NCBI RefSeq assembly: GCF_006345805.1
Contig: NC_043001.1
Location: forward strand, 29,884,001-29,948,000
Length of the DNA stretch: 64,000 bases
Reading direction: 5' to 3'
From: Octopus sinensis
Taxonomy: Eukaryota
Part shown: positions 63,784 through 64,000 of the stretch, piece after piece
How the letters are laid out: the number at the start of each line of letters is the position of its first letter
Numbering within the stretch: the stretch's first letter is position 1
Notes under the pieces: generated by a model
Seen by the model: the letters and a program-made list of their open reading frames with translations, nothing else
The model's database searches: none
Told to the model about the DNA's origin: nothing
Translations under genes and position numbers: made by a program

Positions 63784-63890
63784 TAAGGTGGCAAGCTTGC
63801 AGAATCGTTAGCACTTTGGGCAAAATGGTTTGCAGCATTTCATCAGTCTTTACATTCTGAGTTCAAGCGCCATCGTGGTTGATTTTGCCT
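63784..63890 (+). mobile_element. SINE family A 5' fragment, degenerate
   Basis: GGTGGCAAGCTTGCAGAATCGTTAGCA...TCTGAGTTCAAG. Confidence 0.7.
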
Positions 63891-64000
63891 TTCTGGCCGG
63901 TGTCAGTGCCTCCTGACTGGCACATAAAAAGAACCATTTGAGTGCAACTAATGCCAGTTCCACATGATTGGCACATAAAAGCACCCACTACACTCTTGGG

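Overview
AT-rich, repeat-saturated animal DNA. The SINE families, the (TA)n/(TACA)n/(TG)n tracts and the TTAGGG-type repeats strongly suggest an octopus or related cephalopod (inference). Nearly all ORF-track entries are microsatellite or transposon artefacts. The only host gene I can support is the 5' end of a DNA-PKcs (PRKDC)-like gene on the + strand: coding exon 1 at 46097-46223, a 17.4-kb intron, and exon 2 at 63660-63730. The rest is decayed retroelements (L1/Tx1, CR1, RTE, R4/Dong, CRE, Penelope-like), DNA transposons (Tc1, mariner, maT, pogo, hAT, Helitron-like, Merlin-like foldbacks) and four tRNA-derived SINE families. The most notable signals are: (i) several unrelated hammerhead-ribozyme motifs in Penelope-type terminal repeats, including a U3-A8 core variant, a long-stem-II variant and a family with hammerhead parts in a non-canonical order; (ii) two GGATCTTT-ended foldback elements with 8-bp TSDs that carry telomere-like repeats; (iii) head-to-tail SINE multimers joined at a GGTATTTC microhomology. 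All element boundaries were read by eye and are approximate unless a TIR or TSD is quoted.
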